64,000 nt of DNA from Bacteroidota bacterium (GTDB taxonomy: Bacteria > Bacteroidota > Rhodothermia > Rhodothermales > UBA10348), in NCBI GenBank assembly GCA_022571255.1, contig JACZYD010000002.1, positions 7,010 through 71,009 of the forward strand, read 5' to 3'. Of the stretch, positions 9,340-17,886 are shown in pieces; position 1 is the stretch's first letter; each line of letters opens with the position of its first letter. Under the pieces are notes generated by a model that was not told the origin of the DNA, ran no database searches, and saw only the letters and a program-made list of their open reading frames with translations. A program made the translations under genes and the position numbers.

Positions 9340-10009
9340 GTGAGCCTGACCCCATCAAGCATTTTTTCAGCATCGAAAAATGTCCCCGTATATGGCGAAC
9401 TCGTTACGGATTATGATGGAGTATTGAATCTCGAGAAAGCCCGGGTAGACTCCGATTCGCTGGTCATCAAAACGATCGCGGATCGATTCTGGCTGAATTA
9501 CGGAGCCGATGCAGGTGAGATCCGAATTGGCAGGCAGCGGATTAACCAGGGCTCTAATCCGGTCTGGAATCCGAACGATCTTTTGTATGCATTTGATTAT
9601 CTGGACTTTGATTATGAGGAACGACCCGGAACACATGCTGTGCGTGCAGAGATCTATCTCGGCGACATGAGTTCTATTGACGACGCGTTCAAATGGGCCA
9701 ATATTGCGGACGACAATGTCGGTGCCGTTCGAATTCCGACATTCATCCCCGACGCGAAAAATCTGATGCCCAATAAACACACGTCACTGATTTGGCACCT
9801 ACCATCAGTTCTCCCGTGTTTTGATCAACCTCTCCGCGATATATGCTTTCGAAGTGAACTGGCTGCGATTTCTGCCGACCATTTCTTATTCTTTGCGACA
9901 GAACTGGGATATTGATCTGATCGGACAACTTTTCTGGGGCGAGAATACCGGCGGGACGTTTGAGAATCTGGTAAATGGTATCTTCGCCTGAATCCGCTGG
10001 AGTTTCTGA
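9340..10009 (+). pseudogene. decayed outer-membrane beta-barrel (porin-like) gene
   Basis: Frame 1 reads IRIGRQRINQGSNPVWNPNDLLYAFDYLDFDYEERPGTHAVRAEIY. After about 9730 the sense continues in the +1 frame (from 9794: GTYHQFSRVLINLSAIYAFEVNWLRFLPTISYSLRQNWDIDLIGQLFWGE...NGIFA). An in-frame TGA at 9989-9991 is then followed by IRWSF-stop, an OMP-type C-terminal Phe. There is no signal peptide. Confidence 0.6.
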
Positions 10010-10045
10010 TACCGATCTTTTGACCACTTTATAGAACTGAATCCC

Positions 10046-10840
10046 TTGGTACAGAATCCTTTAGCCGTGCATAGCGTTCCTGTTTCCGTGGATGTCTCCG
10101 TGAGCGATGTGATGCGTGGTGTGATGGAAATCGATGGTATCCTGACGCTCGAAAAGGATTCCCTCCTCCTTGAATATCGGATGAGCGGACTGCCCGGTTT
10201 CGTCTCCTCCTCGATCGAGTCGTTTCGTGTGACCTTCGATGATATTCAGGATGTTGAGTACCGGGAACGTGTCTTCGGTGCTGCAATCATTTTGCGACCA
10301 CGCCGCCTGGCGGTGATCGAAGCCATGCCCGGCGATCAGAGCACTGAAATCAAGCTTAAAATAAAAAGGAAACACCGCTCGATCGCGGCTGAACTGGCCA
10401 CGGACATTCAGATTGCTTTTGCCCGTTCGAGGACAGATTCTCTGGGCAGCATTCCGTTCTCGATTCCATCGGCGTCACAGCATTTTTCCGAAGTAACCGG
10501 GTTAATCTACTTAGATGATGAGTTTCTCGTTTTTGAATTACAGTCCGGACTGCCGGGCCTTTCACGCAACAGCGACGACATTATAAAAATTGAACCGAAA
10601 GCCCTGGCAGATATTCACTTGAATACGGCGCTCCTGAAAGATGTTTTATACATCCGACCCAAAAAAGAGCAACTCCTGACGGTTATTCCCGGCGATCGTG
10701 TTGAAGCCGTGCGCCTGAAAATCAACAATACGTATCGCTCGGAAGTAAAACGGCTGGTGGAGGCTGTGCGACGCAAGATGGCCGAACCCGAATTGGACGA
10801 AAACGACACAAGTCTCGCAAACGAGGAAGGCCCCACATGA
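10046..10840 (+). CDS. hypothetical protein built from an internal tandem domain duplication
   Basis: 264 aa. Two domains of about 95 aa align by eye: GILTLEKDSLLLEYRMSGLPGF...ILRPRRLAVIEAMPGDQSTEIKLKIKRKHRSIAAELATDI and GLIYLDDEFLVFELQSGLPGL...YIRPKKEQLLTVIPGDRVEAVRLKINNTYRSEVKRLVEAV. The start is uncertain (10046, 10112 or 10124). Confidence 0.5.
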   Translation: MVQNPLAVHSVPVSVDVSVSDVMRGVMEIDGILTLEKDSLLLEYRMSGLPGFVSSSIESFRVTFDDIQDVEYRERVFGAAIILRPRRLAVIEAMPGDQSTEIKLKIKRKHRSIAAELATDIQIAFARSRTDSLGSIPFSIPSASQHFSEVTGLIYLDDEFLVFELQSGLPGLSRNSDDIIKIEPKALADIHLNTALLKDVLYIRPKKEQLLTVIPGDRVEAVRLKINNTYRSEVKRLVEAVRRKMAEPELDENDTSLANEEGPT

Positions 10841-11826
10841 ACTCTCTCCGTACCCCTCACGCGCCCTTTCTGATCACACTGCTGCTGGCCGTCTCGATGG
10901 CCGCTTGTTACGAGTCTCAACCGAAACCGGCTGAAGACCGCGCTGCTGATTCCGTCACCGGAATGGTCGACGTCCCGGGCGGAAAAGTATTCTTCGAAAT
11001 GTACCATGCCGACGCCCCGGGCATCCCGCTCCTCATGATCCATGGCGGCCCCGGCATGAACAGCTGTGGTTTCGGCTTACTGGATGAATTGATCACGGAC
11101 CGACCCATAATTCGTTATGATCAACTGGGTACGGGACTTTCCGAGCGACCCGGCGATCGATCGACCTGGGTCCTGTCTCACTTTGTAGAAGAGGTGGAGG
11201 CCATTCGAAAGGCGCTTTTTCTTGACGAAGTTCATGTATTAGGTCATTCCTGGGGAGGTACTGTGGCCGCGGAATTTGCGCTCGAAGGGGATACGGAAGG
11301 TGTTGTTTCCATTGTGCTTGCGGGTCCTCTCTTGAGTACATCAATCTGGCTCGACGACGCACAAATCCTGCTGGCTCAAATGCCTGAACATCTTCAGCAA
11401 ACCATCCGGTCTCACGAGGCAACGGGCACCTACTCCCATCCGGATTATATCGCGGCTACAGACTCTTTTTACGCACGCTTTCTGAATCACATACAACCAC
11501 CTCGTCCGGTACCGGAATGCGACGGTGTGGGCATCAACATGGAGATGTATGAAACCATGTGGGGACCGACAGAATTTACGTCGACAGGGACCCTTCTGGA
11601 TTATGACCGCTTTGACCGACTGCACGAAATTCAGCTACCGGTACTTCTGATCGTCGGGGAATTTGACGAGGCCCGACCCGAAACGATGATTCGGTTTGCC
11701 GATCAGATTCCGGATGCGGAGATCGCAATCATTCCCGATGCCGGCCACGCCGCCATGGTTGATCAACCTGAGTTATACGCAGCGCAACTCAAACGTTTTC
11801 TATCCAAAATCGAAGCGCGCGAGTAG
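10837..11826 (+). CDS. alpha/beta hydrolase, proline iminopeptidase-like, lipoprotein
   Basis: Lipobox LAVSMAAC, oxyanion motif HGGPGM and nucleophile elbow GHSWGG. The start overlaps the upstream stop (ATGA). Confidence 0.8.
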   Translation: MNSLRTPHAPFLITLLLAVSMAACYESQPKPAEDRAADSVTGMVDVPGGKVFFEMYHADAPGIPLLMIHGGPGMNSCGFGLLDELITDRPIIRYDQLGTGLSERPGDRSTWVLSHFVEEVEAIRKALFLDEVHVLGHSWGGTVAAEFALEGDTEGVVSIVLAGPLLSTSIWLDDAQILLAQMPEHLQQTIRSHEATGTYSHPDYIAATDSFYARFLNHIQPPRPVPECDGVGINMEMYETMWGPTEFTSTGTLLDYDRFDRLHEIQLPVLLIVGEFDEARPETMIRFADQIPDAEIAIIPDAGHAAMVDQPELYAAQLKRFLSKIEARE

Positions 11827-11833
11827 TATCGCG

Positions 11834-11887
11834 CGAGCGGACTGACCAGGTAACTTCACACGAGCCGACTGACCAGGTAACTTCAGC
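11834..11887. repeat. 27-bp tandem duplication (x2)
   Basis: cgagcggactgaccaggtaacttcaca followed by cgagccgactgaccaggtaacttcagc, beginning 8 nt after the hydrolase stop. Confidence 0.85.
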
Positions 11888-12000
11888 TGACCTCCTCCGT
11901 CATATTGCCCTGATTCTACCAAGTCTTTTCATTCAACGACAGACGCCGGCACATCGTAAATAAACTATTCATCATCGACGGAGAAAAGAGAATACCATGG

Positions 12001-12507
12001 TTGACTTTAACGACGTTTCGAAAACACCCCTTTTTTTGCGACAAGATTGATTTTAAGTCTGTTTTTATTCCTGGCTTCCGCCCAAAATCTGCAGTGAAGG
12101 CACCCCCGAGCACGTTGATTCCCATTGAGTCGATCGTTGCCGCCAACTGCGCACCCATCGCGCGGGCACTCGGCGACGATTATGACTGGAACCGCTTTCT
12201 GTCACTGTTCCTCAAAGAAGCGATTCTTATTCACAGATCCGAACAGTCCGGGGGAATCTTTCGCGTTTTATCGCCTCCGGATTTTGTCGATTGAATTACC
12301 AGCGTCACCACAATCGGAGGAGCAGGCGACAGAGGATATGCCGAAGAGGGATACCACAATAAAACAGGTCGATACGGCGACGTGGCCAACGTCATGAGTT
12401 CTTATCAAAAACATTTCTGGGGCGAAGAGACCATTCTCGGAAGAGGAATAAACTCTTTTCAGCTCGTCTGGAGTTCTGATCAGTGGTGGATTGCCGGTAT
12501 CGCTTGA
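12001..12507 (+). pseudogene. NTF2-like (SnoaL/DUF4440-type) gene with an in-frame TGA and a disrupted 5' end
   Basis: A single frame reads ...LGDDYDWNRFLSLFLKEAILIHRSEQSGGIFRVLSPPDFVD, then TGA (12292-12294), then ITSVTTIGGAGDRGYAEEGYHNKTGRYGDVANVMSSYQKHFWGEETILGRGINSFQLVWSSDQWWIAGIA-stop (12505-12507). A signal-like LILSLFLFLASAQ lies in a different frame near 12047-12090, next to a T7 run. Confidence 0.5.
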
Positions 12508-12575
12508 GATGAAACGAATGCGGCAGGCCCGAACCCGAATGAATGCGGTGGACAACAGGCCCCCCGCTGAATCTG

Positions 12576-13051
12576 ATGCAGCAGGTAATCCTCGTTGACC
12601 AAAACGATGCAGCAACCGGAACGGCTGAGCAAAAGGAGGTGCACGAGTACGGCCTCCTGCACCGTGCGATTTCGGTATTTTTATTCAGAATATCAAGAGA
12701 AATGCTGCTTCAGCAACGTGTTTACGATAAATATCACTCGACCGGATTGCACAGTAATACATGTTGCAGTCACCCGGGTATGGGAGAAAAAACTGGAACT
12801 GCAGCGCATCGACGTCTTCAGGAAGAAATGGGAATAGACTGTTATCTGGTATGGGCTTTTGATATGTTATATCGCGCAGAATTCGAAAACGGCAGCAAAG
12901 AAAACGAATATGACCATGTCTATATATAGGCCTGTTCTCGGGAGATCCAGAGCCTGATCCCAACGAGGTACAAAGCTGGCAATGGATTGAGTCTGATGAA
13001 CTCCAGGCGGGGATGCGAATTCAACCCCGTCAATTCACTCCTTGGTTTTAA
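12576..13051 (+). pseudogene. idi: type 1 isopentenyl-diphosphate delta-isomerase (Nudix) interrupted by a frameshift in a (TA)4 run
   Basis: The N-terminal part reads VILVDQNDAATGTAEQKEVHEYGLLHRAISVFLF...KYHSTGLHSNTCCSHP...ENEYDHVYI and stops at TAG 12927-12929. From 12929 the +2 frame continues GLFSGDPEPDPNEVQSWQWIESDELQAGMRIQPRQFTPWF-stop (13049-13051). Removing one TA from tatatata restores a single ORF. Confidence 0.7.
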
Positions 13052-13102
13052 CTCTGTACGAACCGCACAATCAACATCTTCAAACAATGGCACAGAGACG
13101 GT

Positions 13103-13212
13103 CCGGCAAACCCGAGATGAGATATTCGGCCCGGCAAACCCGGGATGAGATATTCGGCCCGGCAAACCCGGGATGAGATATTCGGCCCGGCAAACCCGGG
13201 ATGAGAATTTCG
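13103..13212. repeat. 28-bp tandem repeat, about 4 copies
   Basis: The unit is ccggcaaacccgggatgagatattcggc, at 13103, 13131, 13159 and 13187 (the last copy is diverged). It lies between idi and the GT2 gene. Confidence 0.9.
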
Positions 13213-13258
13213 AGATAAGAATCTGCGCTGAGGATTTATAATTTCAGGATTAAAAGGC

Positions 13259-14410
13259 ATGGAATACCTGTTCCCGGCTCTGCTGGTAATTCATTTTATT
13301 CTTCTGATTAATATCTGGTTGAATCGTATTTCATTGCACTCACAGACGCGGTCGCAGTCACAGACGCGTTCGCAGTTGCAGTTGCAGTCGCGATCCGATC
13401 TGATTCCTGAAAATCCTGTCGAATATACTGCTGACCCGGAGACGAGACGAGACCCGATCATCTCCATTCTCGTACCTGCCCGTAATGAAGCCGCAATCAT
13501 TTCGAGGCTCATTCGGTCTTTCCGAGAACAGTCGTACAAGTCATCCGAACTGATTCTTTATGATGATGAGTCCGACGATGCAACATGGGAAATCCTGGAG
13601 GCTGCCTCCAATACGGACGATGCGATAAGAGCGATAAAAGGAGGCCGCTTACCGGAAGGCTGGGTCGGGAAAGTGCATGCGTTGCACTGCTTGGCCAAGG
13701 AGGCCCACGGGGATGTATTTCTTTTCATGGATGCAGATACTGAATTTCTGCATCGTGATTCACTGCTTCGCCTTGCAGATCTTTTTTGTACGAGAAAACC
13801 GGATACCGTCATCACTGGAATACCTGAAATTCGGGGTGGTGGCTTGCTGATCGTGAGCATGGTCGGACACTTTATTCTTACTCTCATCCCGTGGTGGCTC
13901 GGCCACAAAAATCCTTTCTCCACATTCGCCGGCGTAAACGGTCAATGCTGGATGATTGAGGCCGGTGTTTATCAAAATTTGATGCCCCATGAGGCCGTTC
14001 GCAACCAGGTGCTTGAAGACGTCATGATCGGGCGGTACTTACACGCCAACGGAGTGACACCGGTGCTCGTCGATCTACAGAATGAAGTGACTGTTCATAT
14101 GTACTCCAATATCCGTGAGGCCTGGAGTGGATTCCGAAAAAATGCTTCAGTAATGCTTGGAAAATCTTCAGTCACGGCACTCGGCGCTTGGCTTGTTTAT
14201 GTGCTCCTGTACGTCGCAGCACCCGTCCTCTTCCCTGTTCTGATTCTGACGCTCATAGGCCTGAAACTGAGTACCGACCGGGCGATTGGTCAACCGCTCT
14301 GGACCAGCCTGCTCGTTCCGGTCTCAATTCTGCTCATCACCTTTCTGGCACTCGATTCGATTATTGCACGATCACGCAATCGACTGGTCTGGAAAGGGCG
14401 CCCTATTTAA
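13259..14410 (+). CDS. family 2 glycosyltransferase with C-terminal transmembrane segments
   Basis: ISILVPARNEAAII...ELILYDDESDDAT, DxD motif FMDADT, and several hydrophobic helices at the C-terminus. The N-terminal region contains in-frame repeats (SQTRSQSQTRSQLQLQSRS, nt 13340-13392). Confidence 0.8.
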   Translation: MEYLFPALLVIHFILLINIWLNRISLHSQTRSQSQTRSQLQLQSRSDLIPENPVEYTADPETRRDPIISILVPARNEAAIISRLIRSFREQSYKSSELILYDDESDDATWEILEAASNTDDAIRAIKGGRLPEGWVGKVHALHCLAKEAHGDVFLFMDADTEFLHRDSLLRLADLFCTRKPDTVITGIPEIRGGGLLIVSMVGHFILTLIPWWLGHKNPFSTFAGVNGQCWMIEAGVYQNLMPHEAVRNQVLEDVMIGRYLHANGVTPVLVDLQNEVTVHMYSNIREAWSGFRKNASVMLGKSSVTALGAWLVYVLLYVAAPVLFPVLILTLIGLKLSTDRAIGQPLWTSLLVPVSILLITFLALDSIIARSRNRLVWKGRPI

Positions 14411-14511
14411 GAACTGTAACCATGAATCCATTCTTTAACTTTCCCGTTCTTAGCTACTGACCGGTTCTGAAAGGATCGATCTGTTAGCTTCTATTCATTT
14501 GGGGAAATATT

Positions 14512-14892
14512 ATGGCCTTTGCCTGGGTGTTGATTCCAATCGTTGCCATCCTTGCCGGTGCCTGGTCGGAATGGCTGAAATTTAAAGAGAAGCAAACACA
14601 AATTGGAACGTCCACCAGTGAGATAGAACGGGCGCTGGAGAAAATGACCGAACAGAATGCCAACCTGATTCGTCGTGTTCAAAATCTGGAGGCAATCGTC
14701 ACGAGCCAGACCTGGGACGATGTGCAATCCGATCGTCTTTCGTCTCAAGAAGACCATTCTGTTGCGGAGAACACGCTTTTACCTGAAACGACCCATCATC
14801 AGCAAATCGACCTCGATTTGAACGATTCTGCTATGAATAACGATTCTGATACGGACGAAGTGGCCCGACTTGCACGACAGTTGCGATCATAG
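14512..14892 (+). CDS. small single-pass membrane protein with PspB-like architecture
   Basis: An N-terminal TM segment (FAWVLIPIVAILAGAW) is followed by a coiled segment, NANLIRRVQNLEAIVTSQ, that resembles the PspB RIQALESIL region. The tail is acidic. This is a call on architecture only. Confidence 0.35.
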   Translation: MAFAWVLIPIVAILAGAWSEWLKFKEKQTQIGTSTSEIERALEKMTEQNANLIRRVQNLEAIVTSQTWDDVQSDRLSSQEDHSVAENTLLPETTHHQQIDLDLNDSAMNNDSDTDEVARLARQLRS

Positions 14893-14912
14893 GGAGACCC
14901 CGGTGTGGCGCA

Positions 14913-14995
14913 GGGCGGTACAGGCGGCGCCTTGGCGCGGGGCGTACAGGCAGCGCCTTGGCGCGGGGCGTACAGGCAGCGCATTGGCGCGGGCG
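14913..14995. repeat. 26-bp tandem repeat, about 3.3 copies, each with palindrome GCGCCnnGGCGC
   Basis: gggcg(g)tacaggc(g/a)gcgccttggcgcg at 14913, 14940 and 14966, located between the PspB-like gene and the lipoprotein gene. Confidence 0.9.
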
Positions 14996-15081
14996 CGACA
15001 ATCCGCGCCGGTAAGAAAAAATATTGCCTTTACACGAGCCAGGATGAACCCGATACTGAAAAATTCTTTCGTCCATTTTAT

Positions 15082-15903
15082 ATGCGAATCTTTATGAATT
15101 ACATATTGCAACGTACGACCGTATGCACATTCTTATTTTTGATCTTGCCTTTTGTCGTGGGATGTGATTCAGAGACTGAAGAAGACTCCGGTGCACCGGA
15201 TCCCATTTCCGTAGACATCTTTTCTATCGAAACCGACCTCTTCAGCGACCTTGGCGGCAAATCGAGTGAATCCAAGTTCCATTTCCTAGGTGCATCCATT
15301 CGAGTCTGGCCCGTATCTCTTATTCTGATTGCCAATACGATAATTCCGATTGCCGTTTCGCAGGCCGCTCTACAGTCTACACCGACGTTTTCTGAAAGCG
15401 TCTGGACGTGGTCCAGATCCATGAATGCCGATGGACAATCCTTCGAATTTGTTCTGACAGGAGAGCCGGATGGAGCAAACACGAATTGGTCCATGTTTAT
15501 TACGTCGGACGGTGCATATAAGGGTGAGACATACGACAATTTTGAGTTGTTCAGCGCACGCGTCGCAACCGAAGCCGGTTCGGGTTCATGGCAGCTATAC
15601 TACCTGCTTGACGGTGAACGGGTAAACGTCCTGAATGCCTTTTTTAACAGGCCGGAAGCTGGCATCAAACAACTCACGTTTCAGATTCCGGAATCTGCCT
15701 CTGAACATGGAGGTGACTCGGTTTTATACCAGGTCGACGAGCTGAGCAGGGGGTTTCTTTGGACACAGGTAAGCGCAGGAATAGTTCACGACGTCAAGTG
15801 GAATTCCTTTACAAAAGAGGGATCTATCAAGGCAAATAATCACTTGGATGGAACGAAAGGATGCTGGAATAAGAATTTTGACGATGTCGGATGCTCCTCA
15901 TGA
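15082..15903 (+). CDS. hypothetical lipoprotein
   Basis: The ATG at 15082 (or 15094) gives MRIFMNYILQRTTVCTFLFLILPFVVGC (lipobox). The 14905 start in the track would read through the 26-bp repeat array. No family recognised. Confidence 0.55.
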   Translation: MRIFMNYILQRTTVCTFLFLILPFVVGCDSETEEDSGAPDPISVDIFSIETDLFSDLGGKSSESKFHFLGASIRVWPVSLILIANTIIPIAVSQAALQSTPTFSESVWTWSRSMNADGQSFEFVLTGEPDGANTNWSMFITSDGAYKGETYDNFELFSARVATEAGSGSWQLYYLLDGERVNVLNAFFNRPEAGIKQLTFQIPESASEHGGDSVLYQVDELSRGFLWTQVSAGIVHDVKWNSFTKEGSIKANNHLDGTKGCWNKNFDDVGCSS

Positions 15904-16398
15904 GTGATGCCTGCCAACTCTGAGACATTTTATTTTCCAGCTCCGATATTGCGTAGAGATACGCAAATGTTTCAGCATTACATTCCCGTTCCGACTGACA
16001 TCGCGCAGGCCCTTGAAGCAGGAGGATCCAAACGGGTGATCGCCACCATCAGTGGCATCTCTATTCGGAGGGCTTTATTCGGTAGCGGGGAGAATGAACG
16101 CTTTTTCGTAGCGAGTCTCGATCTTATTCGGCAAATAGGGGCCTCTGTCGGAGATGTTGTCCATGTAGATTTAAAATCAGACCCTGACCCCCACAAAATC
16201 GATCTGGGGGAAGAATTCGAAACCGTTCTCGAGCTGGATTCGGCTGCGGCCGAGAGGTTCAATGCCATGACCACGGGCCGACAGCGCAGCTTGGCGCATT
16301 ACGTAACGAGTGCCAAAAGAATTGAAACTCGTATAAAGCGAGCTCTCGAACTTGCGCACAAACTTCGAACAAATACGTTGTACGGGGATGAAAAATGA
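15904..16398 (+). CDS. DUF1905 / YdeI-OmpD-associated family protein
   Basis: A DUF1905-like N-terminus (HYIPVPTDIAQALEAGGSKRVIATISGISIRRAL) and a YdeI-like C-terminus (FNAMTTGRQRSLAHYVTSAKRIETRIKRALE). The start directly abuts the upstream stop (TGA GTG ATG). Confidence 0.7.
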   Translation: MMPANSETFYFPAPILRRDTQMFQHYIPVPTDIAQALEAGGSKRVIATISGISIRRALFGSGENERFFVASLDLIRQIGASVGDVVHVDLKSDPDPHKIDLGEEFETVLELDSAAAERFNAMTTGRQRSLAHYVTSAKRIETRIKRALELAHKLRTNTLYGDEK

Positions 16399-17864
16399 GG
16401 CGCACGGCCACTTTTCTCGTATCGATCCTGCTCTCATCCTGTGCTTCAACGACACCGATACTGTCTTCGTATGGATTTAAAAAAGACTGTATCGTTGTTG
16501 AAGATAACCCTGAACGCTTTTCTGCACTGACCATAGGGTCTACACGGCTTCACTCTACGGACTCCACCATTATTCCAGGCAGTTCAGAAGCACAATTTCT
16601 TTCGCGGCAGCTGTACGAAACTTTTACCTGGATCGATTGCACAAATACGCTCAGAAAGGGGCTTGCTTCCTCGTGGGAGAGTTCCGACAACAATCGGGAA
16701 TGGACATTCTTCATCCGACCTGATGCGAAGTTCTGGAACGGAGCAGTGATCAACTCTGAAGAAATAATGTCACAGCTGGCTGATTTGTGGCAATCGAATG
16801 CCCGCATCGAATCATTCCAAGCAGTAAGTGCCAGGAAAATAAGCTTCTTACTGACCGAGCCGGACCCGAATTTTCCACGACTGCTCGCAGACCCGAGGTA
16901 TTCCGTGTATCGATCCTCTCCCGGAATTGAATGGAATATCGGTAGCGGTCCTTTTCGAATAGAATCTGTACGTGTTTCCCGGTCTTTCGGCGGGTCCCTT
17001 TCCGTAACAAAAATCGTCACAACATTCTCAGACTCAAATCCAAGACGACCTCTCTCCCTCGTGTTTCATTCTTCGGACGGTACGGACGCACGCGATTTCA
17101 TAACAGACGGCCTGGACATTGTGATTACGGTAGACCCGGTAGCGAACCAATATGCTACAGAATCAGGAAAATACTCGGATTATCCTCTTCCCTGGGACAG
17201 GACATATGTTGTCGCCTGGGGATTCCATTCCGGGGCGTCCTCGCGATCTCGGATTCCTCCCGAACTCCCGAACGGACTCGCAGAGGCATTCTTGAATGAT
17301 ATCGCACCCGTGGAAGCGAGGCACGGAACGATTCCAGAATGGTATCCGGAATTCATGTCATGCTCCAATAACATGCGGAGCACATTGGGAGCACCTCCGG
17401 GTAAGAATGATGCTCCCGTTGATCATGTACGTCCTACTCCATTGCTACGCATAGTGTATGATGAAGAAGACCCAATAGCGAGAGCACTGGCAGGAAGGCT
17501 CTCTGCGTTGTCATCTTCGTCTCCGGCAGACAGTATGGCGGCAGTGGAACTGGGGCAGCGACTTCCGCAATGGAATGACCGGGATGAGATGACTCCCGCA
17601 ATTCCCGTACCACCGGGAGTTCTCAACAAGAGACTGGCAGAAGGTACCGACCTCTATTACATTCTTCCTTTGCCACGGCGTGTGCTTGATGTTTGCACGA
17701 TCGTTGCTCGCTCTTATTCAATACACGGGGGCAACGCAGTTCTGAACACGAAAGACTATTTCAATTTTCTCCCCCTGATCGACACCCGACGACATCTTTT
17801 CCTCAGCCAGACAGTTTCGGGCCTGTCTCTTGATTGGTTTGGCAACCTCAGGTTCGTACCGTGA
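16395..17864 (+). CDS. family-5-like solute-binding protein homolog, lipoprotein (likely a sensory partner)
   Basis: Lipobox ILLSSCAS. An SBP_bac_5-like stretch reads LYETFTWIDCTNTLRKGLASSWESSDNNREWTFFIRPDAKFWNGAVINSEEI. The start overlaps the upstream stop (ATGA). No ABC permease or ATPase genes are nearby. Confidence 0.65.
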   Translation: MRRTATFLVSILLSSCASTTPILSSYGFKKDCIVVEDNPERFSALTIGSTRLHSTDSTIIPGSSEAQFLSRQLYETFTWIDCTNTLRKGLASSWESSDNNREWTFFIRPDAKFWNGAVINSEEIMSQLADLWQSNARIESFQAVSARKISFLLTEPDPNFPRLLADPRYSVYRSSPGIEWNIGSGPFRIESVRVSRSFGGSLSVTKIVTTFSDSNPRRPLSLVFHSSDGTDARDFITDGLDIVITVDPVANQYATESGKYSDYPLPWDRTYVVAWGFHSGASSRSRIPPELPNGLAEAFLNDIAPVEARHGTIPEWYPEFMSCSNNMRSTLGAPPGKNDAPVDHVRPTPLLRIVYDEEDPIARALAGRLSALSSSSPADSMAAVELGQRLPQWNDRDEMTPAIPVPPGVLNKRLAEGTDLYYILPLPRRVLDVCTIVARSYSIHGGNAVLNTKDYFNFLPLIDTRRHLFLSQTVSGLSLDWFGNLRFVP

Positions 17865-17886
17865 AAACATCACCTGACTGTTTATC

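Noticed and set aside
9989-12294. Two in-frame TGA codons (9989 and 12292) as evidence of TGA recoding, either an alternative genetic code or selenocysteine.
   Set aside because: Many well-supported genes here terminate at TGA at the expected protein ends (for example 2625-2627, 10838-10840, 49437-49439). Both affected genes carry additional lesions. I saw no SECIS-like hairpin immediately downstream. Nonsense mutation is the simpler reading.
11916-12615. The minus-strand ORFs 11916-12158 and 12268-12615 as the real genes of the 11.9-12.5 kb gap.
   Set aside because: Their translations have no recognisable features. The plus strand reads as a near-complete NTF2-like domain ending in the family-typical ...WWIAGIA, so the plus-strand pseudogene interpretation explains the region better.
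13103-13212. The possibility that the tandem arrays (also 29064, 40783, 63281 and others) are CRISPR arrays.
   Set aside because: The units are directly adjacent with no unique spacers, copy numbers are 2-6, no cas genes are in the window, and the units differ between loci.
14905-15081. The track's upstream starts, which give long N-terminal extensions: 14905 for the lipoprotein, 8282 for the K+ channel, 23448 for the amidohydrolase, 36536 for the cytochrome, 6601 for the LVIVD protein, and 53309, 54035, 58334, 58921 and 60610 for others.
   Set aside because: The extensions overlap neighbouring genes, repeat arrays or pseudogene remnants and precede obvious signal peptides or lipoboxes that begin at internal ATGs. 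Internal starts were used, but no experimental start data exist.
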